Assembly (NCBI GenBank): GCA_943842425.1
Contig: CALTBR010000002.1
Location: forward strand, 408,970 to 472,969
Source of the DNA: an uncultured Flavobacteriales bacterium
Lineage (GTDB): Bacteria; Bacteroidota; Bacteroidia; Flavobacteriales_D; Sanyastnellaceae
Reading direction: 5' to 3'
DNA: 64,000 nucleotides
Position numbers and translations under genes: made by a program. Shown in pieces: positions 20,501 through 30,333 of the stretch. The number at the start of each line of letters is the position of its first letter. Position 1 is the stretch's first letter. The notes beneath the pieces are model-generated. The model was given only the letters and a program-made list of their open reading frames with translations, was not told the origin of the DNA and searched no databases.

Positions 20501-21452
20501 AAAATTAGAAAGAAATCCTGGTGTAGATTTTCAACTAGAACTATTCTGCGATATTAAAATTAATCGCAGTTCAGTTGAACAGAGATGTGCTGAATACGCT
20601 AAGAGACGTAGTATAAAAAAAGACAAGCAAGCCGCTTGGCTTTTAAAGGTCTTAACTTTAATTGATCTTACAACACTCTCAGGTGATGACACGAATGCGA
20701 GAGTACGCAGACTTTGTCGCAAAGCAATAAATCCTATAAATAGCGTTTTAAAATCTAGGCTTTCAATTGACTCTTTAAACATAAAAACAGCGGCAGTTTG
20801 TGTTTATCATGAGATGTTAAGTGAAGCCTCAAAGCAATTAAAATCTTCTGGTGTTCATTTGGCTGCAGTTTCTACAGGATTCCCAGCAGGACTATCCCCA
20901 CTTCCGCTTAGAATAGAAGAAATAAAATATTCTGTTGCTGCCGGAGCTGATGAAATTGATATTGTTATATCACGTCGCCACGTTCTTGAAGGCAATTGGA
21001 AAGCTCTTTATGAAGAGGTTAAATCATTTAGAGAGGCTTGTGGAGATGCTCACCTGAAGACAATACTCGCAACAGGTGAGTTGGGTAACCTAACAAATAT
21101 AGCAAAGGCAGCACAGGTTTGCATGATGGCTGGCGCGGATTTTATTAAAACATCTACTGGAAAAGAACCTACTAACGCTACGCTCCCTGTGAGTTTAGTC
21201 ATGGTGAGAATGATCCGAGATTATCACGAAAAAACCGGCTATAAAATTGGGTTCAAGCCGGCGGGCGGAATTAGTGACACCAAGACGGCATTACAATTTA
21301 TGACTTTAATGCAGGAAGAATTAGGGCGAAGATGGCTTGAGCCTGATCTATTTAGATTCGGAGCTTCAAGTCTTTTAGGGGATATTGAAAGACAACTTGA
21401 TCATTTTACAAGTGGATTTTATTCTGCAGACTATAGACATCCAATATCTTAA
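20490..21452 (+). CDS. deoC: Deoxyribose-phosphate aldolase, long (metazoan-like) form
   Basis: 320 aa, collinear from memory with human DERA. Shared segments include QAAWLLK..LIDLTTLSGDDT, AAVCVY, GFPAG, HLKTILATGELG, FIKTSTGKE (Schiff-base Lys), IGFKPAGGI and RFGASSLL. Confidence 0.92.
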   Translation: MKIEKLERNPGVDFQLELFCDIKINRSSVEQRCAEYAKRRSIKKDKQAAWLLKVLTLIDLTTLSGDDTNARVRRLCRKAINPINSVLKSRLSIDSLNIKTAAVCVYHEMLSEASKQLKSSGVHLAAVSTGFPAGLSPLPLRIEEIKYSVAAGADEIDIVISRRHVLEGNWKALYEEVKSFREACGDAHLKTILATGELGNLTNIAKAAQVCMMAGADFIKTSTGKEPTNATLPVSLVMVRMIRDYHEKTGYKIGFKPAGGISDTKTALQFMTLMQEELGRRWLEPDLFRFGASSLLGDIERQLDHFTSGFYSADYRHPIS

Positions 21453-21468
21453 CTTTTAGCAATAGATT

Positions 21469-23832
21469 ATGAAATTAGATAAATCATTCGACAAACTAGA
21501 GTATAGCAAGGCGCTAGAGAGCGATAAAGAAGCCATGCAATGGCTTAGAAAAAACAACAATACATTTGGCCAATTTATTGGTGGGAAATTGATTTCAAAA
21601 AAGGATGCTGAGACAATAAATGTCATAAATCCCGCCGACAATAGCACTTTAGCTCACATCGAGATTGCTGACAAAAAACTGATCGATCTTGCCGTTAAGT
21701 CTGCAGGTGAAGCCCAGGAAAAATGGTATAAATCTGGTGGTCACTCTAGGGCAAAAGTCCTATATGCTTTGGCTAGACTTATTCAAAAACATGCACGGGT
21801 CATTTCTGTTTTAGAGACCTTAGACAATGGCAAGCCTATTCGCGAGTCAAGAGATGCTGATATTCCACTTGCGGTAAGACATTTTTACTACCATGCAGGT
21901 TGGGCTCAGCTTCAAAAGTCAGAATTAAAAAACTCCGAACCCGTAGGAGTCGTTGCCCAAATAATTCCTTGGAACTTCCCTTTCTTAATGCTGGCATGGA
22001 AAATTTCGCCAGCGTTAGCAATGGGAAATGCCATTGTATTGAAGCCAGCGGAAAACACTCCACTTACAGCAATGTTTTTTGCGGAGCTTTGTGAAGAGGC
22101 CGGAGTTCCTGCGGGTGTCATAAACATCATCAATGGTGCAGGAGAAACTGGAGCTGCTTTAGCAGCACATCCAGATGTAAATAAAGTTGCTTTCACAGGT
22201 TCCACATCTGTGGGTCGCGCTATACGTAAATCGACCGCAGGCCAAGGAAAAAAACTCACGCTAGAACTTGGTGGTAAGTCCGCTTTCGTGGTTTTCGAAG
22301 ATGCTGATTTAGATTCTGTTGTAGAAGGGGTGGTTGATGCTATCTGGTATAATCAAGGTGAGGTTTGTTGTGCTGGCTCAAGACTTTTAGTTCAAGCTAG
22401 TACCGAAGAAACACTCGTAAAAAAGCTAAAGGCTAGAATGGCCAATTTAAGGTTTGGAACTCCATTAGATAAATCTATAGATGTTGGATCGTTAGTGAGT
22501 TCACAACAGTTTTCTGAGATTTCAAAAATGGTGAAAGAAGGATTGAAAAGTGGGGGTGTATTATTTTCACATGAAAAACCTGATTCGACATGCAATTACT
22601 ATCCGCCGAGTCTTATTACAGATATAGACTCTTCTCACCCTTTAGTGCAGGAGGAAATTTTCGGGCCCGTGCTTGTTGTAAGTAGCTTTAGAACACAGGA
22701 GGAGGCTATTCAACTGGCAAACAATACAAGATATGGTCTTGCGGCAAGTGTCTGGAGTGAGAATATAAATCGTGCTATGCATGTTGCTCCGGGACTTATT
22801 GCAGGAGTGGTTTGGATTAACTGCCACAATAAATTTGATGCATCCTGTGGATTTGGTGGAGTGAAAGAATCCGGTTATGGAAGAGAGGGTGGAAAAGAGG
22901 GGCTTTTTGAATACCTTAAACCAGTAAAATCTGAATACAACAGTTCTATTTCACCTGTTAGTCCTAACGGCTTAGCTTCAAAACAAGACATAGACAAAAC
23001 GCTCAAGTTTTACATCGGAGGAAAGCAAACAAGACCTGATGGAGGAAACAGCTCTAAGGTTCTCAATGCTGATGGCAGTACTGCCGCTTTTGTTGGCTTG
23101 GGAAATAGAAAAGATATTAGAAATGCTGTAAGTGCGGCAAAAAAAGCTGAAAGCTGGAGTGGTAAATCCGGACACTTAAAAGCCCAAATACTTTACTTTT
23201 TTGCGGAGAATTTATCAAATAGAAAAGATGAATTTATTACACACCTTCAAACAAGTTGTGGCAGCTCTAAAAAAGAAGCTACATCCGAATTTGACGAGAC
23301 AATATCACGTCTGTTTAGCTATGCCGCTTGGGCGGACAAATATGATGGAGCTGCTCATAACGCACCATATAGAGGAGTTACGCTTGCTCTTCCTGAAGCA
23401 ATAGGTGTGATAGGAGTAATCGCTCCTGAAGAACAACCGTTGCTAAATGCTATTTCCTTAATCGCTCCTGCTATTGCAATGGGAAACTGCGTGGTTATTG
23501 TCGCTGGAGAGCGTCACTCAAACATTGTGTTTGAGTTGGTGTCAGTCATGGAGACTTCTGATATACCGGGCGGGGTGATTAATATCATAGCAGGAGATAT
23601 TAAAGAGTTGGCTCCTCATTTAGCTGGGCACGGTGAAGTGGGGTCGGTTTGGGCTTGGGCAAATAAAGAGGTGATTAAAGAGATTGAAACCCTAAGCGCT
23701 GAAAACTTGAAACGCACATGGTGCCATGACAATAACGATAGAAATTGGTTAAAAACTCAGGAGTGTGAAGGAGTAGAGTTTATAAGACAGGCAACTCAGG
23801 TTAAGAATATATGGACCCCATATGGAGATTGA
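21469..23832 (+). CDS. Aldehyde dehydrogenase with a C-terminal second, truncated ALDH-like module
   Basis: The first ~480 aa carry FTGSTSVGRAI, ELGGKSAFVVF and EVCCAGSRLLV. Residues ~500-787 repeat an ALDH N-terminal half (KFYIGGKQ..., GVIGVIAPEEQPLLNAISLIAPAIAMGNCVVI) but lack the Glu/Cys catalytic motifs. Confidence 0.88.
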   Translation: MKLDKSFDKLEYSKALESDKEAMQWLRKNNNTFGQFIGGKLISKKDAETINVINPADNSTLAHIEIADKKLIDLAVKSAGEAQEKWYKSGGHSRAKVLYALARLIQKHARVISVLETLDNGKPIRESRDADIPLAVRHFYYHAGWAQLQKSELKNSEPVGVVAQIIPWNFPFLMLAWKISPALAMGNAIVLKPAENTPLTAMFFAELCEEAGVPAGVINIINGAGETGAALAAHPDVNKVAFTGSTSVGRAIRKSTAGQGKKLTLELGGKSAFVVFEDADLDSVVEGVVDAIWYNQGEVCCAGSRLLVQASTEETLVKKLKARMANLRFGTPLDKSIDVGSLVSSQQFSEISKMVKEGLKSGGVLFSHEKPDSTCNYYPPSLITDIDSSHPLVQEEIFGPVLVVSSFRTQEEAIQLANNTRYGLAASVWSENINRAMHVAPGLIAGVVWINCHNKFDASCGFGGVKESGYGREGGKEGLFEYLKPVKSEYNSSISPVSPNGLASKQDIDKTLKFYIGGKQTRPDGGNSSKVLNADGSTAAFVGLGNRKDIRNAVSAAKKAESWSGKSGHLKAQILYFFAENLSNRKDEFITHLQTSCGSSKKEATSEFDETISRLFSYAAWADKYDGAAHNAPYRGVTLALPEAIGVIGVIAPEEQPLLNAISLIAPAIAMGNCVVIVAGERHSNIVFELVSVMETSDIPGGVINIIAGDIKELAPHLAGHGEVGSVWAWANKEVIKEIETLSAENLKRTWCHDNNDRNWLKTQECEGVEFIRQATQVKNIWTPYGD

Positions 23833-23835
23833 TTG

Positions 23836-25170
23836 ATGGCATTATTGAAATATTTACCTCAGGAGTTAATTCGCAAGAAACGCGATGGTAAAACACTTAC
23901 AAATTCTGAAATAGAATTTATTGTTAAGGGTATGACTGACATGAGTTTTACCGATTCTCAGCTTGCTGCCTTTGCGATGGCTGTTTATTTAAAAGGTTTA
24001 AACATGGAGGAGAGAGTCAGTTTAACACTGAATATGATGAACTCTGGGGATATTCTTTCTTGGAGTGATCTTGACTTAAACGGTCCAGTAGTTGACAAGC
24101 ACTCTACTGGAGGTGTTGGAGATAAGGTGAGTCTGATGCTTGCTCCTATTGTTGCCGCTTGCGGTGGATATGTCCCTATGATTTCTGGTAGAGGGTTAGG
24201 TCACACAGGTGGAACTTTAGATAAGCTCGAGAGCATTCCAGGTTACAACGCTATACCAGATTACGACCTTTTTAGGCAAACGGTTAAAACTGTGGGGTGC
24301 GCTATCATAGGCCAAACTGCACGATTAGCTCCAGCAGATCAAAGGTTCTACTCGATCAGAGATATTACAGCTACAATAGAATCTGTAGATATGATTACTG
24401 CTTCAATTTTATCTAAAAAATTAGCCTCTGGTTTAGATGCTTTAATCATGGATGTGAAAACCGGAAACGGAGCATTTAGCGCCACTTACGAAATGGCCCA
24501 AGAGGTTGCAAAAAGTATTGCAACTGTAGCTTCTAATGCAGGAGTCCCAACCCGGTGCTTAATCACAGATATGAATCAAGTGCTAGGGACAACTGTAGGC
24601 AATTCAGTTGAGATGCACGAATGCATTGAGTTTCTCACTAATCCATCTAAAGCTGATAAAAGGTTGTTAAAAATCACATTAGACCTTGCAGCGCATATGC
24701 TTGAAATAAGTGGCATTACTTCTGATCTTAAATCTGGATTTGCGAAAGCAGAAAAAGCGCTTGTAGATGGTTCTGCAGCAGAAGTATTCGAAATGATGGT
24801 GAGCACATTGGGAGGTCCCAATGATTTAATCACTTCCCCTCACAAACATCTTGCAGCAACGTCGATTTCAAAACCTATTGTTGCTGAGAAATCCGGAGTT
24901 ATAAACGCTATGGATGTAAGAGAAATAGGCCTTAGTATGGTAGCTATTAAAGCTGGGCGGGTAAAGTCTACCGATTTAATTGACCACTCTGTGGGCCTTA
25001 CAAAATTTGTTCAAATTGGAGATCACATTTCAAAAGGAGAACCAATTGCCATGGCACATGTAAGAAGTAATTCGGATTATGAAATGCTTCAGAAAAGAGT
25101 ATCAAAATCAGTAGTGATTGGTGAAACATCCCTTGAAGCACCTCTTACGTATCAGATTCTAAGCGTTTAA
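23836..25170 (+). CDS. deoA: Thymidine (pyrimidine-nucleoside) phosphorylase
   Basis: Has IRKKRDG, DSQLAAFAMAVYLKG, DKHSTGGVGDKVSL, SGRGLGHTGGTLDKLES and SILSKK. I prefer the ATG at 23836 to the TTG at 23833. Confidence 0.93.
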   Translation: MALLKYLPQELIRKKRDGKTLTNSEIEFIVKGMTDMSFTDSQLAAFAMAVYLKGLNMEERVSLTLNMMNSGDILSWSDLDLNGPVVDKHSTGGVGDKVSLMLAPIVAACGGYVPMISGRGLGHTGGTLDKLESIPGYNAIPDYDLFRQTVKTVGCAIIGQTARLAPADQRFYSIRDITATIESVDMITASILSKKLASGLDALIMDVKTGNGAFSATYEMAQEVAKSIATVASNAGVPTRCLITDMNQVLGTTVGNSVEMHECIEFLTNPSKADKRLLKITLDLAAHMLEISGITSDLKSGFAKAEKALVDGSAAEVFEMMVSTLGGPNDLITSPHKHLAATSISKPIVAEKSGVINAMDVREIGLSMVAIKAGRVKSTDLIDHSVGLTKFVQIGDHISKGEPIAMAHVRSNSDYEMLQKRVSKSVVIGETSLEAPLTYQILSV

Positions 25171-25182
25171 CTAGAATAATTA

Positions 25183-26457
25183 ATGGAGGTAAGAAGACCA
25201 AATCAAAAACAACGTGCCATCATTATTGTTCTTGACTCCTTAGGGATAGGCTCCAGCAAAGATGCAGTTCACTATGGCGATGAAGGGGCTGACACATTAG
25301 GTCATATCGCAGAATTGTGCGCTGCTGGAAAAGCAAATGGCAGTTGCCGATCCCAATCAGGACCGTTACACATTCCCAACTTAGCAAGATTAGGCCTCGC
25401 TGAAGCCGCAAAAGAAAGCAGAGGAAAACCCCTACCACATTCTTGTAAATCAAATGTAATTGATGGCGTATTTGGCTATGCCCAAGAAATCTCATCTGGA
25501 AAGGATACACCATCAGGGCATTGGGAAATATGTGGCTTACCAGTCCTATTCGATTGGGGGGTGTTTCCTAACACGCCCAACTGTTTCCCCAAAAGCCTAC
25601 TTGAAGAAATAATTTCAAAGGCAAACATTCCTGGTTGCCTTGCCAATTGTCACGCTTCCGGAACAAAGGTTCTCGTAGATTTCGGTGAGGAACATATGAA
25701 AACAGGCAAGCCAATATTCTACACATCTTCTGATTCTGTTTTTCAAATTGCAGCTCATGAAAAAACGTTTGGCTTAGAAAAACTATATGACTTGTGTGAA
25801 ATTGTACGGAAAACAATTGACCCCCTGAATATTGGTAGAGTAATCGCAAGACCATTTCTAGGTGATTCCGCCTCAAATTTCTTCCGTACATCGAACCGTC
25901 TCGACCTTACGACCCCACCTCATGAGCCCACATTACTCGATCATGTTTCCGAAGCAGGACTTCCAGTTATATCCATTGGTAAAATTAGCGACATCTTTGC
26001 TGGTAAAGGAATTTCTAAAAGCGTCAAAGCACCAAACAACGATGAAATAATCAACCAAATCTTAGACCAAATGAAGGTTGTTCATGAGGGATTGATTTTC
26101 GCCAATCTTGTAGATTTTGACAGTAAATTTGGACATAGAAGAGATGTTTCTGGTTATGCAAATGCAATAGAAGAGTTTGATAAGAGACTTCCTGAAATTC
26201 TAAAACTCACAGGTGACAATGACTTACTACTTATAACAGCAGACCATGGCTGTGATCCAACTTGGAAGGGGACAGATCATACGAGAGAACATGTACCGGC
26301 ACTTTTCTACTCTAAAAAAGTGTCTTCAAAAAACTTGGGATTTTTAACAACATTTGCTGATATGGGAGCTACAATATCTCATCATCTGAAAACACCGGCT
26401 CTTAAAAAAGGAGTTGTTTGCAACTTGTGGAGAAACAATACGAATATTTATCTTTAA
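25183..26457 (+). CDS. deoB: Phosphopentomutase
   Basis: 424 aa. Has IIIVLDSLGIG, KDTPSGHWE, NLVDFDSKFGHRRD and ITADHGCDPTW. Confidence 0.93.
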   Translation: MEVRRPNQKQRAIIIVLDSLGIGSSKDAVHYGDEGADTLGHIAELCAAGKANGSCRSQSGPLHIPNLARLGLAEAAKESRGKPLPHSCKSNVIDGVFGYAQEISSGKDTPSGHWEICGLPVLFDWGVFPNTPNCFPKSLLEEIISKANIPGCLANCHASGTKVLVDFGEEHMKTGKPIFYTSSDSVFQIAAHEKTFGLEKLYDLCEIVRKTIDPLNIGRVIARPFLGDSASNFFRTSNRLDLTTPPHEPTLLDHVSEAGLPVISIGKISDIFAGKGISKSVKAPNNDEIINQILDQMKVVHEGLIFANLVDFDSKFGHRRDVSGYANAIEEFDKRLPEILKLTGDNDLLLITADHGCDPTWKGTDHTREHVPALFYSKKVSSKNLGFLTTFADMGATISHHLKTPALKKGVVCNLWRNNTNIYL

Positions 26458-26643
26458 ACCCCAACTAAAAAACAGACGATATATACAATCAAATCTGTGA
26501 TTTAAAAGAAGATTTTATCATGACATCAAGTCTAATTATACTGAAAACAAAGTAGTTGAAATTAGCATTTCACATTTTTTCACATCCATGAATAAAACCT
26601 TATATTTACCCCTTCTATTGAACTGCCTGTAATACAACTGCGA

Positions 26644-29600
26644 ATGATTCGGTTTACCACATTTATTTTTGCCATTTTGCTTTTCGCAAGCACTGGTCTT
26701 GCCCAAGTCGGCTCTGGCACATTGAAAGGAAAAATCAGTGATTTCGACACTGGAGAACCTTTACCCTTTGCTAGTGTCGTACTATTTCTCAACGGGAACC
26801 AGGTTGCTGGTACAAACACAAATTTTGATGGTGAATACACCATAAAGCCTATTTCTCCAGGTACCTATGAGGTGCTTTTAAGTTTCGTTGGGTACCAGCC
26901 TAAGAAAATCACAGGAGTCAAAATCAATGCTAACAAAATACATTTTGTCAATGCCGAAATCTCTGCTGGAGTTATGGTACAAGAAGCTGAGGTAGTTGAA
27001 TATGCTGTTCCTCTAATCGATAAAGATGGTGGTGCTTCAGGTGGTACTGTGAGTAGAGAAGATATTGATAAACTACCTGGTCGTTCAGCTACTTCAATAG
27101 CGACAACTGTTGCTGGGGCTAGTACTGCGGGAACTGGTGGTGGTATCTCAATCCGTGGAGCACGAAGTTCTTCTACTTGGATATACATCGATGGAATTAA
27201 AGTGCGCGGATCATCAGCTCTTCCAAAATCTGCCATTGAAGAAGTACAGGTTGTGACAGGAGGAATACCTGCGAATATAGGAGATGCTACCGGTGGTGTT
27301 ATCAATATCTCACTTCGTTCTTCAAGCCGCAATTGGTTTGGTGGCGGAGAGGTTATCACATCAGGGGTTCCAATGGGGGAAACCGCTATTGGTTTAGATA
27401 AATTTGGTTACAACCTCGCTGAGGGAGTTGCTTCTGGTCCAATTCTTTTCCGAAAGGATGAGAACGGTGAAAAGACAGATCCTCTATTGGGTCTATTTTT
27501 AGCTGGTAACATCACATATCAAAAGGATCCACGTCCAACATTCGGCGGAGTTTACAGAATTACAGATGCAGCTCGTGACTCACTTATCGCAAATCCTCTA
27601 AGACAGAACGTGAGCGCTTCAGGAGTAATAAATGGGGCGCTTTATAATGCTGACTTCTTGTCGGGAGATGATTTCACGAAAGTTGACACTCGAATGAATG
27701 TCGGAACAACAAGTGCGAACATTGTAGCTAAATTTGACATTAACACAAATGAAACAACTACATTAACATTTGGAGGAACTGCTTCAGGAGGGCGCAGTAA
27801 CAACTTTAGTTACTCAGGATCTCTAATGAATTGGGACAACAATGCTCTCAGCACTAGCTACGATTGGAGGGCATATGCTAAGTTCAGCCAACGTTTCGTT
27901 AACGAGCAAGGTGAAAACGCAAGCAACCTAAATAATGTTTTCTACCAGATAATGGTTGATTACAGCCAAAGCTATTTTAATTCACAGGATGCAAACCACC
28001 GTGACGACTTCTTTAAATATGGTCACGTAGGAACGTTTAATGTGTACAATAGAAATTCTTACGATTATAATCCAATAACAGGTAGATTCGTTCACAACGG
28101 TTGGGAAGACACTCTCGTAACATTCGAGGCTTCTCAATTCAATCCGGAACTTTCTGCTATAAACAATCAATATTTCTCGCTTTTTGAACAAAAGCCATAT
28201 AACCCATTTGAAGACGGGCCTTACGAAAGTCTTTTAGAAGTGCAAAATGGAAATGCTTTGTTAAATGGTCAAGATCCGGCAGAAACCTATAACTTATATA
28301 GCTATTTAGGCACTCAAAGTGGTTCATACTATACCTCTAACAATACTCAATTCCGTGTAAGCGCTGCTGGTTCTGCTGATATTGGCGACCACGCTCTTCA
28401 GATGGGATTTGAGTACGAGCAACGGAAAGATGCTTTTTTCTCTTTAGCTCCAACAGGACTTTGGACCCTTGGCCGCTTACTTACTAACTCACATATCAAG
28501 GAGTTAAATTTTAATGATTCTACGATCACGAACATAGGAACCGAATACTACGTTACTTATGGAAGGTTGATTGGTGACAATCAATTTCTATTCGACAGAA
28601 ACCTTAGACGCGCTTTAGAACTTAATCCATTTGGCAACGATCTCATCAATATTGACGGAATTGATCCTGACTTCTTCACGCTAGATATGTTTGGAGCGGA
28701 CGACCTACTTAATCAGGGAAGTAACCTCGTAAATTACTCTGGGTATGATCCATACGGGAATAAACTTTCTGGAAGACCTACCATTGAAGACTTCTTTAAT
28801 GATACAAATGAAGAAGGATTCAATACAAGGCCTATCGGAGCCTATGAACCTATATATATCTCAGGATATATTATGGATAAATTCACATTTGATGATATCA
28901 TCTTCAATTTAGGTGTACGTATTGATCGATTTGACGCTAACCAAAAAGTGCTAAAAGATCCCTATGTTATCGCAGATGCATATACTCTGGGTGATGTAGC
29001 AAGTGAATTAATTGCAAGTGAAATAGATGGTGAAGTTATCATTCCTTCAAACATCCAAGATGACTTCATTGTTTATGTTGATGATTTAGAGAACCCTAAT
29101 GCTATTGTTGGTTACCGTGATGGAGATACTTGGTATAATTCAGTAGGAACTGAAATTACTGATCCAGACATTCTCGCTGTAAATGAGCCATATCCTGCAC
29201 CTTGGCTAGTTGAAGGTCCTGAAGCAGAGTTAAATGGAAGCGCTTTTAAAGATTTCGTTCCTGCGGTAAACATTATGCCGCGTATTTCATTCTCATTTAA
29301 CATCTCAGATGAAGCTGTTTTCTTTGCTCATTATGATGTACTAACACAGAGACCTACTTCAAATAACCGTTTTTCACCTATTGATTACTTATTTATTGAA
29401 AGCCGCAATGAGTTGATTTCAAATCCAGATTTAAAGCCGGAAAAGACGATTGATTACGAATTGGGGTTCCAGCAAGTACTTTCAAAGACTTCTAGTCTTA
29501 AAATTTCTGCATACTATAAGGAAATGCGTGATATGATTCAGGTGAGAAATTTCACTGGAGCATATCCACGTCCATATAGAGCATTTGGAAATCTTGACTT

Positions 29601-30333
29601 CGGTACAGTGAAAGGATTCACAATGGGTTATGATATGCGTCGTACTGGTAACGTTAGAATTAATGCTAACTATACGTTGCAATTCGCTGATGGAACTGGA
29701 TCAACCACAGAGACAGCACTCGCCCTCATTAATGCTGGACTTCCAAATCTGAGATCTATAAATCCACTTACTTATGACCAACGTCATAGAATTGTTACCA
29801 ACATAGATTACAGGTATGGTGCTGGTGAAAACTATAACGGTCCAATTGCTTTCATAGGTGGAAAAGAAAGACAGCTATTCTCTGAAATGGGATTCAATCT
29901 AATTGCAAACCTCGGATCTGGAACACCATACACGGCGTCAACAATTGCAACACCAATAACAGGTGAAATAAGCCCCTCAACTGAAGGCTCTATTAACGGT
30001 TCCCGCCTTCCGTGGCAGTTCAATATGGACATGAATATCGATAAGAACTTTACGTTAAACTTTGGAGGAGAAGGAGAAGCTGCAAAATCCGTTAACCTTA
30101 ATGTTTATTTGTGGATAGGTAACATATTGAACTCTCAAAATATCAATTCTGTGTACAGATTTACAGGTGTGAGTAATGACGATGGATATCTTGCTGCTGC
30201 TCAATACCAACCTTTAATTCAGAGCCAAACGAATCCAGACTCTTTTAGAAACTACTACCAGATGTATACAAATAACCCTTTTAACTTAGGTGTTCCGCGT
30301 ACAATTCGTTTAGGTGTGAAATTTGACTTTTAA
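26644..30333 (+). CDS. TonB-dependent-receptor-like outer-membrane protein with an N-terminal carboxypeptidase-regulatory-like domain
   Basis: 1229 aa with a signal peptide. Has a CarboxypepD_reg-like segment (GKISDFDTGEPLPFASVVL...GEYTI..ISPGTYEVLLSFVGY), plug motifs (GGGISIRGARS...YIDGIKV...IEEVQVVTGGIPANIGDATGGVINI), a long barrel, and a terminal ...RLGVKFDF. Confidence 0.85.
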   Translation: MIRFTTFIFAILLFASTGLAQVGSGTLKGKISDFDTGEPLPFASVVLFLNGNQVAGTNTNFDGEYTIKPISPGTYEVLLSFVGYQPKKITGVKINANKIHFVNAEISAGVMVQEAEVVEYAVPLIDKDGGASGGTVSREDIDKLPGRSATSIATTVAGASTAGTGGGISIRGARSSSTWIYIDGIKVRGSSALPKSAIEEVQVVTGGIPANIGDATGGVINISLRSSSRNWFGGGEVITSGVPMGETAIGLDKFGYNLAEGVASGPILFRKDENGEKTDPLLGLFLAGNITYQKDPRPTFGGVYRITDAARDSLIANPLRQNVSASGVINGALYNADFLSGDDFTKVDTRMNVGTTSANIVAKFDINTNETTTLTFGGTASGGRSNNFSYSGSLMNWDNNALSTSYDWRAYAKFSQRFVNEQGENASNLNNVFYQIMVDYSQSYFNSQDANHRDDFFKYGHVGTFNVYNRNSYDYNPITGRFVHNGWEDTLVTFEASQFNPELSAINNQYFSLFEQKPYNPFEDGPYESLLEVQNGNALLNGQDPAETYNLYSYLGTQSGSYYTSNNTQFRVSAAGSADIGDHALQMGFEYEQRKDAFFSLAPTGLWTLGRLLTNSHIKELNFNDSTITNIGTEYYVTYGRLIGDNQFLFDRNLRRALELNPFGNDLINIDGIDPDFFTLDMFGADDLLNQGSNLVNYSGYDPYGNKLSGRPTIEDFFNDTNEEGFNTRPIGAYEPIYISGYIMDKFTFDDIIFNLGVRIDRFDANQKVLKDPYVIADAYTLGDVASELIASEIDGEVIIPSNIQDDFIVYVDDLENPNAIVGYRDGDTWYNSVGTEITDPDILAVNEPYPAPWLVEGPEAELNGSAFKDFVPAVNIMPRISFSFNISDEAVFFAHYDVLTQRPTSNNRFSPIDYLFIESRNELISNPDLKPEKTIDYELGFQQVLSKTSSLKISAYYKEMRDMIQVRNFTGAYPRPYRAFGNLDFGTVKGFTMGYDMRRTGNVRINANYTLQFADGTGSTTETALALINAGLPNLRSINPLTYDQRHRIVTNIDYRYGAGENYNGPIAFIGGKERQLFSEMGFNLIANLGSGTPYTASTIATPITGEISPSTEGSINGSRLPWQFNMDMNIDKNFTLNFGGEGEAAKSVNLNVYLWIGNILNSQNINSVYRFTGVSNDDGYLAAAQYQPLIQSQTNPDSFRNYYQMYTNNPFNLGVPRTIRLGVKFDF

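Noticed and set aside
26458-26643. A 186-bp intergenic region examined for tRNA, riboswitch or sRNA structure
   Set aside because: It is AT-rich, with only a trivial 5-bp hairpin (aaatc-tgt-gattt) and a near-miss -7 box (TATATTTA). There is no cloverleaf and no conserved riboswitch core that I can recognise.
26865-27359. A 164-aa minus-strand ORF inside the TBDR plug region
   Set aside because: It is a Pro/Ala/Ser-rich shadow ORF, antisense to the Gly/Thr/Ala-rich plug-coding sequence.
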